Of a DNA stretch of 64,000 nt, positions 19,759 through 29,732 are shown one piece after another. Under the pieces are notes generated by a model, which was given only the letters and a program-made list of their open reading frames with translations, did no database searches and had not been told where the DNA came from. This stretch comes from Candidatus Hydrothermarchaeota archaeon (GTDB lineage Archaea > CAYFZR01): assembly GCA_046760505.1 (NCBI GenBank), contig JBHIEG010000001.1:1-64000 (forward strand). Direction: 5' to 3'. Numbering within the stretch: position 1 is the first letter of the stretch; every line of letters begins with the position of its first letter. Position numbers and translations under genes: made by a program.

Positions 19759-20487
19759 TTGAGTATTAAAGAAGGAGACTTCATCAGAATCAAGTATGTG
19801 GGTAGAATTAAAGACACTAACGAGATATTTGACCTGAATGATGAGGATGTCGCAAAAAAAGAGGGTATTTATGAAGAGAACAGGGTTTATAGACCCACTC
19901 CCATCATAGTAGGAGCAAAGCATGTAATTGAAGGGTTGGATGAATCATTAGTAGGAATGGAAGTCGATGAGGAAAAAAAGATAGAAATAGAACCTGAGAA
20001 AGGATTCGGAAGGAGAAGAGAAGATTTAGTTAAAATAATGCCTCTAAGTTTCTTTAGAAAGCAAAAACTTAGACCATATCCGGGAATGAAATTAACAATT
20101 GATGGAAAAATTGCAAGGGTTCAAACAGTAAGTGGAGGCAGAGTAAGAGTTGACTTTAATCCTGAAATGGCAGGTAAAAGTCTAATATACGAAGTAAAAA
20201 TAACCGAGAAAATAGAAGACCCTGAAGAGAAGATAAAAGCAGTTTTAGAGCTGCATTTAGGTGATATAGAGGGTATATCTGATGTAAAAATAGAGAATGG
20301 AATCGCACACGTAGAGCTCACAGATAAAGTTAAATTACATCCAAGGGCTCTTCAGATAAAGTTGGCAACGGCAAGAGATGCATTTAACTATATAGATGGG
20401 CTAGATGGAATCAAATATATAGAGAGTTTTGAGAAAGATGAAGTAGAAAAATTAGAATCCAGATCTGAAAGCCTTACTCACGAATAG
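19759..20487 (+). CDS. FKBP-type peptidyl-prolyl isomerase (long archaeal SlyD-like)
   Basis: GDFIRIKYVGR, IFD, VIEGLDE, IEPEKGFG, RVDFNPEMAGK. Confidence 0.9.
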   Translation: MSIKEGDFIRIKYVGRIKDTNEIFDLNDEDVAKKEGIYEENRVYRPTPIIVGAKHVIEGLDESLVGMEVDEEKKIEIEPEKGFGRRREDLVKIMPLSFFRKQKLRPYPGMKLTIDGKIARVQTVSGGRVRVDFNPEMAGKSLIYEVKITEKIEDPEEKIKAVLELHLGDIEGISDVKIENGIAHVELTDKVKLHPRALQIKLATARDAFNYIDGLDGIKYIESFEKDEVEKLESRSESLTHE

Positions 20488-20536
20488 TTTTTTCTTTTCA
20501 CTTTGATAAAAATAAAGAAATAAAGAAGTAAAAATG

Positions 20537-21253
20537 TCACCCTCCCTGTTGATACTTTCTGATCATTTCTTCCATGGTCATTGGCTGAGCAGGGGGAAGG
20601 AAAGCACTATCTGCTGGTGGAGTTAGATCTACAGATATGGCTACTATTCTGAATCCTTCTGATTCCATGAGAAGCGGTAAGAGTACATTAGGATGATAGC
20701 AAATTCTAGATGTTTCGCCTCCATACTCGTACCTGTAGCAATACGCGTCTAAGCCTGCAATTCTTTGGATTCCATCGAAGAATACGCTCTCCTTTGCCTC
20801 TTCAACTTCTCCTATCTTCGATTGCCACTGAGGTTCTTCTATCTCAGCGCTAAAGCACATCCATGGCTGTCCCGGCTCACTCGAACACATGTAAAATGCA
20901 CTTTCCGTTCTAATAAATCTCATTTCAGCATTTGTTTTAGGATCTCTATAGTCAAATCTTAGTTTTTTCCCTTTAACATAATGGGTTTGTGTTAGTGTTT
21001 CGCCCTCGCTTGTGATTCGGTATGTTACTTTGTATCCTGCTGGCCTAGTGAGTTTTGCAAATAGATCTGCCAGTGTCTTTTTCTCAGCAGGTTTCTCGGT
21101 TTCCTTTGGCTTTGGGACTTCGGCTTTTTCAGTAGGTACCTCTGCTTTTTCTACCACCTTAGGTTCCTCTTCCTTTGCTCCCATGCACCCAGACAAGAAG
21201 ACCAATCCAACCAAAGTAATGAACAAGGTAAGACTGACTGTTTTTCTGTTCAT
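20537..21253 (-). CDS. Lipoprotein with a Pro/Glu/Lys-rich linker and a LolA/DUF4412-like beta domain
   Basis: MNRK..LVFLSGC lipobox after GGAGG RBS; linker EKAEVPTEKAEVP; C-terminal PADSAFLPP. Confidence 0.7.
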   Translation of the reverse strand: MNRKTVSLTLFITLVGLVFLSGCMGAKEEEPKVVEKAEVPTEKAEVPKPKETEKPAEKKTLADLFAKLTRPAGYKVTYRITSEGETLTQTHYVKGKKLRFDYRDPKTNAEMRFIRTESAFYMCSSEPGQPWMCFSAEIEEPQWQSKIGEVEEAKESVFFDGIQRIAGLDAYCYRYEYGGETSRICYHPNVLLPLLMESEGFRIVAISVDLTPPADSAFLPPAQPMTMEEMIRKYQQGG

Positions 21254-21513
21254 CAAAAAACCTCCTTCAGATTGGTGTCGAATATTTTCGACCCATCCAA
21301 TATAAGAATTTCGTCTATATCTTCTCGGGACGGATAAACTTTTCAGTAGATCAACCTTTACCCCAAATGAATTAGAAAAATAGCTTCTCATAAAAATTTA
21401 TAAAGAAAAATAAAATGAAATAAACGATAAAAAAAATAAATTTACGCCAAAAAGCTTTTTTATGCCAAAAACAAAAATCTTACCAAAGAAAATTAAAAAA
21501 GGGGTGAGAAAAA

Positions 21514-22485
21514 ATGAGATGGAAAGTCTTCATTGTGCTAACGATATATATCGTAGGAATGATGCCAGCAGTTCTCGCGGAAGAGCAACCTCCGAGCATA
21601 TTGAATGTCAGGTACCTCATGCTAAAGGTAGGCATTGAGAAGAGGCTAATTGCAATGGATACCACTATTAATTTCGCTCTGGACAAGGGAATCGATACAA
21701 AAAAATTGGAAAAGCAGAGAGATAATTTTCTAGAAGAGTATGAGAAACTAGGAGATGCAGCTAAAGAAGGAGACAGCAAAGAATTTCAAAAAGCTCTTGA
21801 AAGAATGAAAGATGCAGATAAAAAGTTCATAGAAGAAGTGAAAAGTAACGGGGAGTTAATGAGTCATGTTAATGAGTTGAGGAACGAGATTGAGAGAGCA
21901 CTGGAAGAAAATAGAGAGTACTTTGAAGAACTAAAGAAAGAAGCTTTCGAGGCCTTAGAGGACCTTTTAATGGAAAAAATTGACAAAATGATATCAAAAG
22001 CTCAAGATTTCATAGATAAAGCAAAAGAACAAGGATTAAATACCGAAGAACTGGAAAAAATCGTCAGTGAGGTGGATGAAAAGAAGAGTGAATTGAAAGA
22101 TGCAATAGATGAAAGGGACTTAAAAAAGATAAGAGTAATCTCTAATGAGGTCAATGAACTATTTAAAGAATTTAGAGACAAAGCAAAGGATCTTAGAAAG
22201 AATATGCTTGAAGAAAGACTGGGAAAAATCATTAACAGATCAAAGAAAATAATAGAGAGGGCAGAAGATGTCCTTGACAGACTTGATGAGAGCGGGACCA
22301 ATGTTCAGGATCTGAGGAAAAGTTTAGACAAGGTAAAGGACCATGTAGATTCTGCGGAGAACTACTATGAGCAAGGTAACTATGAAGATACAGTAAAAGA
22401 ACTTAAAGATGCAAGGGAAGATTTTAAAAAATTTATAGAAAAACTCAGAAACGTTTTAATTAAACGCGGAGGGGCAGGAAGATGA
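21514..22485 (+). CDS. Secreted all-helical coiled-coil protein
   Basis: Signal peptide MRWK...AVLA followed by repeated amphipathic helices; GGGGTGA RBS. Confidence 0.75.
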   Translation: MRWKVFIVLTIYIVGMMPAVLAEEQPPSILNVRYLMLKVGIEKRLIAMDTTINFALDKGIDTKKLEKQRDNFLEEYEKLGDAAKEGDSKEFQKALERMKDADKKFIEEVKSNGELMSHVNELRNEIERALEENREYFEELKKEAFEALEDLLMEKIDKMISKAQDFIDKAKEQGLNTEELEKIVSEVDEKKSELKDAIDERDLKKIRVISNEVNELFKEFRDKAKDLRKNMLEERLGKIINRSKKIIERAEDVLDRLDESGTNVQDLRKSLDKVKDHVDSAENYYEQGNYEDTVKELKDAREDFKKFIEKLRNVLIKRGGAGR

Positions 22486-22703
22486 GATCTTTGAGAATAG
22501 GAGAAATAGCAATCACATTAATGGTTATAACAGCGCTATTCTCGGGTTGCGTAAAATCAGCCAGAGAAAAAAGTTTCTCTGAAGAAGGAATTCAAGAAGA
22601 CTTTGAGGATCTGGAGAAGGACTTAGATTTGTTAGAGGAATTTGATTCTGCACTTAAAGATCTCGAATCTCTTGAGGTTCCAGAAGTAGAAGGAACCTAT
22701 TAA
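22482..22703 (+). CDS. Small acidic lipoprotein
   Basis: LFSGC lipobox; D/E-rich tail; ATGA overlap with the upstream gene. Confidence 0.7.
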   Translation: MRSLRIGEIAITLMVITALFSGCVKSAREKSFSEEGIQEDFEDLEKDLDLLEEFDSALKDLESLEVPEVEGTY

Positions 22704-22741
22704 TTTTTTATTTTTAAATTCTTCGTATCAATTACATTTTT

Positions 22742-23065
22742 CTACAAGTATATATTCTCCCTGCAGGAAAATTCGCTCTCATAGGGGGTGTATATCTCCT
22801 TTAATGCTATGTCTCTATATTTTTTTGCTTCTTCAAATTCTGGATCTATTTCTAACGCTTTTCGAAAATAGATCAGCGCATCCCTATATTTTTCTAATTT
22901 TAGAAGTGTCTTCCCCTTTGATACTAATGCAAGGATGTGATTCGGATCTATCTCCAATACTTTCTCGAAAAAACCCATTGCATCCAAGAATTTTTCAGAA
23001 TTGTACATAATGGTTCCTTTATCTAAAAGATCTTTCACCATATTACTCCTTTCTTCTTCATTCAT
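22742..23065 (-). CDS. Small TPR protein (paralog of 38117..38506)
   Basis: Two TPRs (KG...A...F..vLEIDP); C-terminal ALKEIY..Y....SCR. Confidence 0.8.
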   Translation of the reverse strand: MNEEERSNMVKDLLDKGTIMYNSEKFLDAMGFFEKVLEIDPNHILALVSKGKTLLKLEKYRDALIYFRKALEIDPEFEEAKKYRDIALKEIYTPYESEFSCRENIYL

Positions 23066-23338
23066 TTTAAATGCCCCGAATTTTCAAATTATCTACTATT
23101 TTATAATTTTCTACTATTTTATACCTGTTACTATCTTTTGTTATCATCTTTTATACTTTCCTCGATTATCCTCTTTACGTGAATATTGCACATTTCCTAT
23201 TTCAATGATATTGGACTATGACATTAGACTATTAAACTATACCACCATGATAAATTCCACTTAGATTGGCTTAGAGAACTATAAAGGGGTTATAAGGGGT
23301 AATAAAAAGATATAAAGCAAAATTAAGTATGTTTAGTT

Positions 23339-24442
23339 TTACCTAAACTTCATGTTTTCGAATCTTCTTTTAAATTCCTCAATTTTCATGGCTTCTTCAT
23401 GTCTGCCAAGCTTTGACAATACCAAACCCTTTCCGAAAGCAGCTTCCCTGAAGTCCGGGTTGATCTTCAAAGCCTCATCAAAGCAATTTAAGGCCTCTTC
23501 AAATTTCCCAAGGCGCATTAGAGCCATTCCTTTGCCATGAAAGGCAGCCTCATCTTCTCTAATCTCTAAAATTTTGTCGAAGCATTCTATTGCCTCTTCG
23601 TTTCTTCCAATGTCTGTGAGGCATGATCCCTTCAATCCTAGAGCCTCTTGGCTTCTCGGATCTTCTTCCAGTGCTTTGTCTAGGCAATAAATAGCCTCCT
23701 CGAACAATCCTGAATCCGCTAGCGCAATTCCAGCATCTATCCATCTTCCGCCCTTTGGTATCTGGGATCTTAAAGCTCCTTCGTAAGTGCTCTCGATAAT
23801 TTCGCCACCTTCACCGAATGAGGGCATAAAATGACCCGGTAAGAGGTTTCTTACTTCCATTTTCAACAAATTTCTTATAGAGAAGAAATAACTTCTTAAA
23901 TCTCCGCCTAGGAGAGAATCCGGTTCTGGGAGATATATGGGTAATACTGTGTCTCCGGAAAAAAGGGTTTGAGTTTTTTCGTGATAGAGACAGATACAAT
24001 CTACCGTATGTCCAGGGGTATAGATCACCTTGAAATCATGTCCTCCTAGGTTAACCTCTTCTCCACCTCTTACTCCAATTACACTGCCTCTTCCCTCTGT
24101 AAACTTCTCAACTGCCTTGCTTAGCATTGTAGTTGATATATCATGAACTACTACCTCGATGTCTCTAAACCCTCCATATCTCATGAGAAGTTCTTTGAGG
24201 CCTAAAGTATGATCATTATGAGCATGAGTTAAAAAAATCTTTTTTATATCCTCTACCTTGAAACCCAATTCAAACAACTCAAAGAAAGCAGTTATGTCGT
24301 TCCCTGTGTCGACGAAAGCTAAATAATCGCCCTCTATAACGTATATGTTTGATGATTCTCCGTATCCCTCTAAAAACCAGATCGATGAGAGAAAGGGATC
24401 TTCAAAACCCGGGAAGATATCAATCAATTTAATCCAAGTCAT
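23339..24442 (-). CDS. Metallo-beta-lactamase-fold hydrolase fused to C-terminal TPRs
   Basis: VDTG, THAHNDH, TPGHT, LFSGDT, LLPGH; followed by about three TPRs. Confidence 0.88.
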   Translation of the reverse strand: MTWIKLIDIFPGFEDPFLSSIWFLEGYGESSNIYVIEGDYLAFVDTGNDITAFFELFELGFKVEDIKKIFLTHAHNDHTLGLKELLMRYGGFRDIEVVVHDISTTMLSKAVEKFTEGRGSVIGVRGGEEVNLGGHDFKVIYTPGHTVDCICLYHEKTQTLFSGDTVLPIYLPEPDSLLGGDLRSYFFSIRNLLKMEVRNLLPGHFMPSFGEGGEIIESTYEGALRSQIPKGGRWIDAGIALADSGLFEEAIYCLDKALEEDPRSQEALGLKGSCLTDIGRNEEAIECFDKILEIREDEAAFHGKGMALMRLGKFEEALNCFDEALKINPDFREAAFGKGLVLSKLGRHEEAMKIEEFKRRFENMKFR

Positions 24443-24754
24443 TTTGTATCAAACAGTTGATTTTCATCCCTCCATATAAACTTGTGCCATTCTTATGCAA
24501 TTTATATGGCACTCATTAAACCAACTATTGTAGTCCTAAGTTGGACATAAAACATTCGAGATTAAACCTTCTTTTAGAATTTAAAAACATATTATTCTTT
24601 TAAAAAATATATTTTTGAGAAATACTTTTTTTAAACTGATTTAATGCTTAAGGAATTTTAAATTTTTATGCTTTTACTATATAATATATATATTCAAAAA
24701 AAATAAGACTATTATAGTAGTGCTTCTAGTACAAGTATTCTTAATCATCGATCA

Positions 24755-24768
24755 TAAAGGTTTTATAT
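24755..24768 (+). promoter_or_regulatory. Archaeal BRE/TATA promoter of the CoA-transferase operon
   Basis: TAAAGG-TTTTATAT about 95 nt upstream of ATG 24862. Confidence 0.6.
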
Positions 24769-24788
24769 TAGAAGTGCTCAACATTAAG

Positions 24789-24861
24789 ATACCCCGAGGG
24801 AGTATACATGTATTCAAGATCACCTCCACAAGGGGTATAGGTATTTTTCGGAGGTGAATGG
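24789..24861 (+). promoter_or_regulatory. Structured 5' leader with an anti-SD element (candidate translational switch)
   Basis: ATACCCC(24789-95)/GGGGTAT(24832-38), GAGG/CCTC, hairpin GAGTAT-ACAT-GTATTC; TCACCTCC(24820-27) is complementary to the RBS GGAGGTGA(24850-57). Confidence 0.5.
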
Positions 24862-26334
24862 ATGGCGGAAAGAAAAATAGAGAAGTTTGAAGACACCCTT
24901 AGACCGAGACCATGGCCTATCAGGAAAATGCCGACTTTTGAAGAGTTATACGGAAAAGAAACAGGACCAGACAGGGCATACTCCGAATTCATGGAAGAAA
25001 ACCTACATGTGAGACATGCATACCGCAAGCCCTATCAATTGGGAGACATCAGGGTTCTAGACTGCTCAATATGGCGTAAAGCCCCGGCTGCATGTAGCTC
25101 TATGCTAGCAGAGCTGGGAGCCGAAGTCATCAAGATAGAACCTCCGGGCGGCGATCCATGGAGAAGGTTAACACCTTTCGGAAGAGAAGAGTACATGGTG
25201 GAGGACCAGTATACAGGCGAGAAAGTAGGTCTGGACTTCCTAAATGAGTGCAGAAACAAGTACTGTGTCACCTTAAACCTCGAGATGGAAGAGGGAAGAG
25301 AGATTCTTAAGAAAATGGTCAAGCAATCAGATGTATTGATAGAGAACTATCCTCCGGGTCAATTTGATGAGTGGGGCATTGGCTATAGACAGTTGTCCAA
25401 GATAAATCCAAGGCTTGTATATTGTTACATTGGACAACTCGGTCAATGGGGTCCAAGTAAAGATAGGGTAAGCAAATACGGACAGTGGATGCTAGATCCA
25501 TTCGCAGCGGCTGCATGTGAATTCATACACAGCACGGGATTCCCACCAGATCAGTTGCCAAGAGAGAGAGGAGGAAATCCCACTCGCTCAGGAGAATGGA
25601 ACAGCGAATGGCCTGGTGCAGAGCATGCATTCGTAGCGATTATGATGGCTCTATACGTAAGAGACGGTGTGGCAGGAACTCACATTGGTAAGGGACAATT
25701 CGTAGAGGTCGCAAGCGCTGAAGCATACCTAGAACTAAATGACTTTAACATTTGCTGGTACGGCTTTGACGGAAGTATAAAGGCAAGAACAGGAGGATGG
25801 GATCCAAATCTAAATCAGTATGCATGGAATCCGTGCGCGGATGGCTTCATGATGATTGGAGGACAGTCAGATAGGCTGTGGTACAGAATTGTACAGTGTA
25901 TAGAAAGGGACTACCCAGATTATGGACGTTTAGTAGGAGAAGATCCCATATTGAAGGAAATGGGAGCAAGAAATCAACTGGAGATGTTATGTAAGACCTA
26001 TACATTAACATCTTACTGGCTCGCGAGAAATCCAAGGGCAATGGCTGAGAAGAAACTCCTAGAATATGGTATTGCCGCGGGTCCATTGTTATACATAGAT
26101 GAGGTAGCAGAGTATCCGGACTTCATATACAGAGGTCACGTGCAAATGGTTGAGGACGAGCACTACGGCAATATCCTCGTTGCGAGACCACCTCTGGGAC
26201 ACCAGCACAGAGCTCCTGCGAGAATAAGATGGCTTGGAAGACCAGTAGGCTGGGATAACAACGAAATATACGCCAAACTCCTTGGAGTCGGTCCAGAAAC
26301 AATAAAAGAATGGAAGGAGAAGGGAATCATCTAA
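24862..26334 (+). CDS. Class III (CaiB/BaiF/Frc) CoA-transferase subunit A
   Basis: RVLD...[51 protein letters not shown]; Glu at the expected catalytic Asp position. Confidence 0.9.
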   Translation: MAERKIEKFEDTLRPRPWPIRKMPTFEELYGKETGPDRAYSEFMEENLHVRHAYRKPYQLGDIRVLDCSIWRKAPAACSSMLAELGAEVIKIEPPGGDPWRRLTPFGREEYMVEDQYTGEKVGLDFLNECRNKYCVTLNLEMEEGREILKKMVKQSDVLIENYPPGQFDEWGIGYRQLSKINPRLVYCYIGQLGQWGPSKDRVSKYGQWMLDPFAAAACEFIHSTGFPPDQLPRERGGNPTRSGEWNSEWPGAEHAFVAIMMALYVRDGVAGTHIGKGQFVEVASAEAYLELNDFNICWYGFDGSIKARTGGWDPNLNQYAWNPCADGFMMIGGQSDRLWYRIVQCIERDYPDYGRLVGEDPILKEMGARNQLEMLCKTYTLTSYWLARNPRAMAEKKLLEYGIAAGPLLYIDEVAEYPDFIYRGHVQMVEDEHYGNILVARPPLGHQHRAPARIRWLGRPVGWDNNEIYAKLLGVGPETIKEWKEKGII

Positions 26335-26337
26335 GGG

Positions 26338-27741
26338 GTGAAAGAAATGGAGGAAGAACTCGAAAAAATTCCGTTTGAGGAATATTGTAGAAAGGTATTC
26401 GATCCAAAGAAGGATTGGGAAAAACCTGAGGCACTAAAAGGCTGGAGACATCTTAGCCAAACGATGTACATCTTATCACCCCACGTAGGCGCTACACTAG
26501 GAGAATGGGGAGCAGAGGTCATAAAGATCGAGATGCCTAGGCTGGCAGACCCCATGAGGCATACATCTCCATTCAACGAAGCATATCTTTATCCTCTAAC
26601 CGATGAACGACCTATGACCGGAACAGGCTATGGATTCCTTCACGCCAACAGGAACAAGATAATGATGACCTTGGATTACCACCATCCCGAGGCGAAGGAA
26701 ATAATGCGGGACCTCTGGAGAATGTCGGACAGTCTAGCGGAGTGTTACCGTCCGGGTACATTTAACAGATGGGGCATAGGCTATCCTCAAGTATTAGAAG
26801 TTAATCCAGCCCTGATATACTGCTGGTTAGGAGGATTCGGAAGCCTCGGTCCCGGCAGAAGAAAAGGTTCATACGATATCCTAGGACAGAGTATAGGAGG
26901 ATTAGCAAGCATAACCGGACAGCACGAAGACGTTGTTAAGGTCGAAGACGAGTACCAGATCAAGTATGCGGGTGGCGGTTTCCCAGCAAAGCACACAAAC
27001 TGGATTATCGACTGGGTAGCAGGATTGATGTGCGCTTGCGGATTGGTAGCAGCAGGCTATTGGAGAAGAAAGACCGGCCTAGGAACTATGATCGACTTCT
27101 CTCAGGTTTCGGTATCGAACAGGTTTACGGGATATGGATTACCGCTCTATGGAAGATTTGGAGTTGTAAGACAGAGATGGGGTAACTGGGAGCCCCAGCT
27201 ATGTGTACATGGAATAATCATAGCGGGTAAATCTGATTTTCCAGACAGTGACAATCCTCAGGAAGCAGACGAAGCAAGATACCTGCTTGTAAGTGCCTTC
27301 CAAGACGAGGACTTCAAAGAACTCTGCGATTTAATAGGAAGAAAAGACCTGGCAGAAAAGTATGGAGAGGAGAAAGAAAGACTAAAGCCTCTGGCACAGA
27401 TGGAGATTTACGGGGCAGTGGAAAAATGGGCAAAAGATAAATCAAGAGCTGAGTGTGTAGAGGCTATTCAGGACAAAGGCCTGCTTGCATTTCCGGTAAT
27501 GAGTGCCGGAGATATATACAGATGGCCTCACATGTGGGAGAGAGGTAAGTTAAGATTCCTCGACGATCCAATATACGGTGACGTGTTGCAATCATGGGCC
27601 CCCGCATTGATGTCGGAGACCCCTCCAAGGGTCAAATGGGAATGCAGACCTCTGGGAGCAGATAATATAAAGATCTTGCATGACTTGCTCGGCATGCCCA
27701 TGGAAAAGATCAAAGAACTCTACGAGAAGGCGGTGATATAA
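26338..27741 (+). CDS. Class III CoA-transferase subunit B
   Basis: [48 protein letters not shown] (catalytic Asp retained). Confidence 0.9.
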   Translation: MKEMEEELEKIPFEEYCRKVFDPKKDWEKPEALKGWRHLSQTMYILSPHVGATLGEWGAEVIKIEMPRLADPMRHTSPFNEAYLYPLTDERPMTGTGYGFLHANRNKIMMTLDYHHPEAKEIMRDLWRMSDSLAECYRPGTFNRWGIGYPQVLEVNPALIYCWLGGFGSLGPGRRKGSYDILGQSIGGLASITGQHEDVVKVEDEYQIKYAGGGFPAKHTNWIIDWVAGLMCACGLVAAGYWRRKTGLGTMIDFSQVSVSNRFTGYGLPLYGRFGVVRQRWGNWEPQLCVHGIIIAGKSDFPDSDNPQEADEARYLLVSAFQDEDFKELCDLIGRKDLAEKYGEEKERLKPLAQMEIYGAVEKWAKDKSRAECVEAIQDKGLLAFPVMSAGDIYRWPHMWERGKLRFLDDPIYGDVLQSWAPALMSETPPRVKWECRPLGADNIKILHDLLGMPMEKIKELYEKAVI

Positions 27742-27742
27742 G

Positions 27743-28240
27743 ATGTGTGATATCATCGATTGTCCGAAGTGCAGAACTGTCAACTACATAGATCCCTACT
27801 GTTTCTGGAACTGGGGTCCGGGAGTAATTGCGTGCGCTGGCTGCGGCCAAGCCTACGAAGTCTACTATGTAAATGGCTTAATGCAAGAAGGATACCCAAA
27901 GGAAACGGATAAGGAACCTGACGAACTAGTACTGTATGCAGACAAGCCGCTGGAAGGCTACGAATTTATTCCTCCTGGTACGCCAGGAAAAACAAAGGCT
28001 TTCAGATGCTTGATGAGAAATCCAGAAACTTACACAGGAAAGGCAAGAAAGATAAGCCACAGCATAAGGGGAAAGCCCCTCAGGGGATGGGCTGGACAGA
28101 AACCCTCTGCTAAAGTAGCGGGATCTCACCACTACGATGACTCTGAGTACTGGAAACCAGAGGCAGGAGAACTCAAGTACTATCCGGAGTTACTAAAGAA
28201 CAAAGGACCACAAGAACCAGGTAAAGGGAGGGCTTGGTGA
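27743..28240 (+). CDS. Zn-ribbon-containing hypothetical protein
   Basis: CPKC...CAGC; starts 1 nt after the CoA-transferase B stop codon. Confidence 0.75.
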   Translation: MCDIIDCPKCRTVNYIDPYCFWNWGPGVIACAGCGQAYEVYYVNGLMQEGYPKETDKEPDELVLYADKPLEGYEFIPPGTPGKTKAFRCLMRNPETYTGKARKISHSIRGKPLRGWAGQKPSAKVAGSHHYDDSEYWKPEAGELKYYPELLKNKGPQEPGKGRAW

Positions 28241-28434
28241 TGGTTACTCAGGAAGAATTTGATGCAGCAAAGCATGTGTGTAAAACTTGCATGCACTTCA
28301 AGCCGATTATACCAGACACATTCCTGCCACCAGAGGACTTAATAGGCTACTGCAAAAAGATCCACTGGCCCTTCTTCTGGTGCATATCCAAGGATGACGT
28401 CATAACGGAGTGCTACGCGTACGAAAAGAAATAA
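28234..28434 (+). CDS. Small Cys-rich protein, candidate [4Fe-4S] subunit
   Basis: CKTCMHF.P...GYC...W...ECYAYEKK; coupled to the upstream gene; followed by a T-rich tract. Confidence 0.7.
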   Translation: MVMVTQEEFDAAKHVCKTCMHFKPIIPDTFLPPEDLIGYCKKIHWPFFWCISKDDVITECYAYEKK

Positions 28435-28591
28435 CTCTTTTCCTCCTAATTTTTTAAATATTAAAGCCTACTTTTAAGATAGTCGATAATCATGCCAAAA
28501 TTATTATATCAAAAACTAAATTACTATGCTAAACCTACATTTAGCCTAATTACACAAAAAACAATTGTATCAACAATTCGTGGTGAAGAAG

Positions 28592-29272
28592 ATGAATGAA
28601 GAAGAAAACGAGATAGAAATCGAGCGCAAAAAGGTAGCGAAAGAAGAAATTTCCGCGGTAAGAGAGATGGTAACCACTTGGAAGAAATGTTACATTGATA
28701 GATGGGAATTAGACGGTGAAGCAGTAGCAAACTTTGATTTTGAGATAGAGGAGTATATATACCCCTACGTAAGAAGATTATTTGATATGGGAATTTTAAC
28801 TCAATTCGAGGCTCAGGATCTATTAAATTATGCGGAAAGAGAACTAGCAGACTTAAGCAGAATAGTTGAGGCTAGAAAATCAATAGGCATTTCGAAGTTG
28901 GAATTCTACTATAATTCTAACGTAAAGCCAAGAGATGAGTACTACGTTGACATAGAAAATTGTCTAAGAATCATAAATGAGTTACGTGAATTAGGTATTG
29001 ATGCCAAAGGGATAGACACGGATTCAATAACTCCGAAAGAATTAGATGAAGTGTATAGATCAGTCATCTCGGCAACAAACGTAGATAAATCGATATTTAA
29101 CTCAGAAATAGATAAAGCATTCTTTGGTAACGAAGTGGCTGCAATTTTACTCTATGAGAAAAAAATGGATAAGAATCCCTGCGATGTGTTCCCCAAGAAG
29201 GATGAATCTGGAAAAACCATTGGATGTGAGGAGATCCTTAGACAAACCATAGAGCGATTGAAGAATTTATGA
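28592..29272 (+). CDS. Hypothetical protein
   Basis: Long ORF; ATG 28592 preceded by GGTGA. Confidence 0.7.
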   Translation: MNEEENEIEIERKKVAKEEISAVREMVTTWKKCYIDRWELDGEAVANFDFEIEEYIYPYVRRLFDMGILTQFEAQDLLNYAERELADLSRIVEARKSIGISKLEFYYNSNVKPRDEYYVDIENCLRIINELRELGIDAKGIDTDSITPKELDEVYRSVISATNVDKSIFNSEIDKAFFGNEVAAILLYEKKMDKNPCDVFPKKDESGKTIGCEEILRQTIERLKNL

Positions 29273-29387
29273 TTTTTTGTTGGAAGATTATTTCCCTCGA
29301 ATTTCTCTATAATTTTTTAAGTAAAATATGTCAACTTCACGAAACAGATAAATAAGATTGTTACAAGAGTTTGTAACGGTGGATTTG

Positions 29388-29660
29388 ATGCCAATACTAT
29401 CCCATCGAGAATACAGATTTTTAAGGGGCGAAGTATGGGATAACCGGAAAAAGAAGTGGATTCCAATTCATGAATCCAAAATGACAAAGAATTATCAAAG
29501 AGTAATGAAACACCGTATCAACAAGAAGGTAGCCTTAGCGATTAGTGATTTAATTATGTTGCTTCAGGATCCACTGATCGACATAGAAGAAATAAAGGTA
29601 GAGTTGGGAGAACTTATCTACGTAATAAACGAAATTTTACCATACATAAAAGGTTATTAA
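29388..29660 (+). CDS. Hypothetical small basic protein
   Basis: MPILSHREYRFLRG...NYQRVMKHRINKKV; GGTGG RBS. Confidence 0.6.
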   Translation: MPILSHREYRFLRGEVWDNRKKKWIPIHESKMTKNYQRVMKHRINKKVALAISDLIMLLQDPLIDIEEIKVELGELIYVINEILPYIKGY

Positions 29661-29732
29661 AATCTATTTTTAATTATCGATAATGCTATTAACCGAAAAC
29701 CTTATATAACCAAACTGTAATACTCAGGAGAG

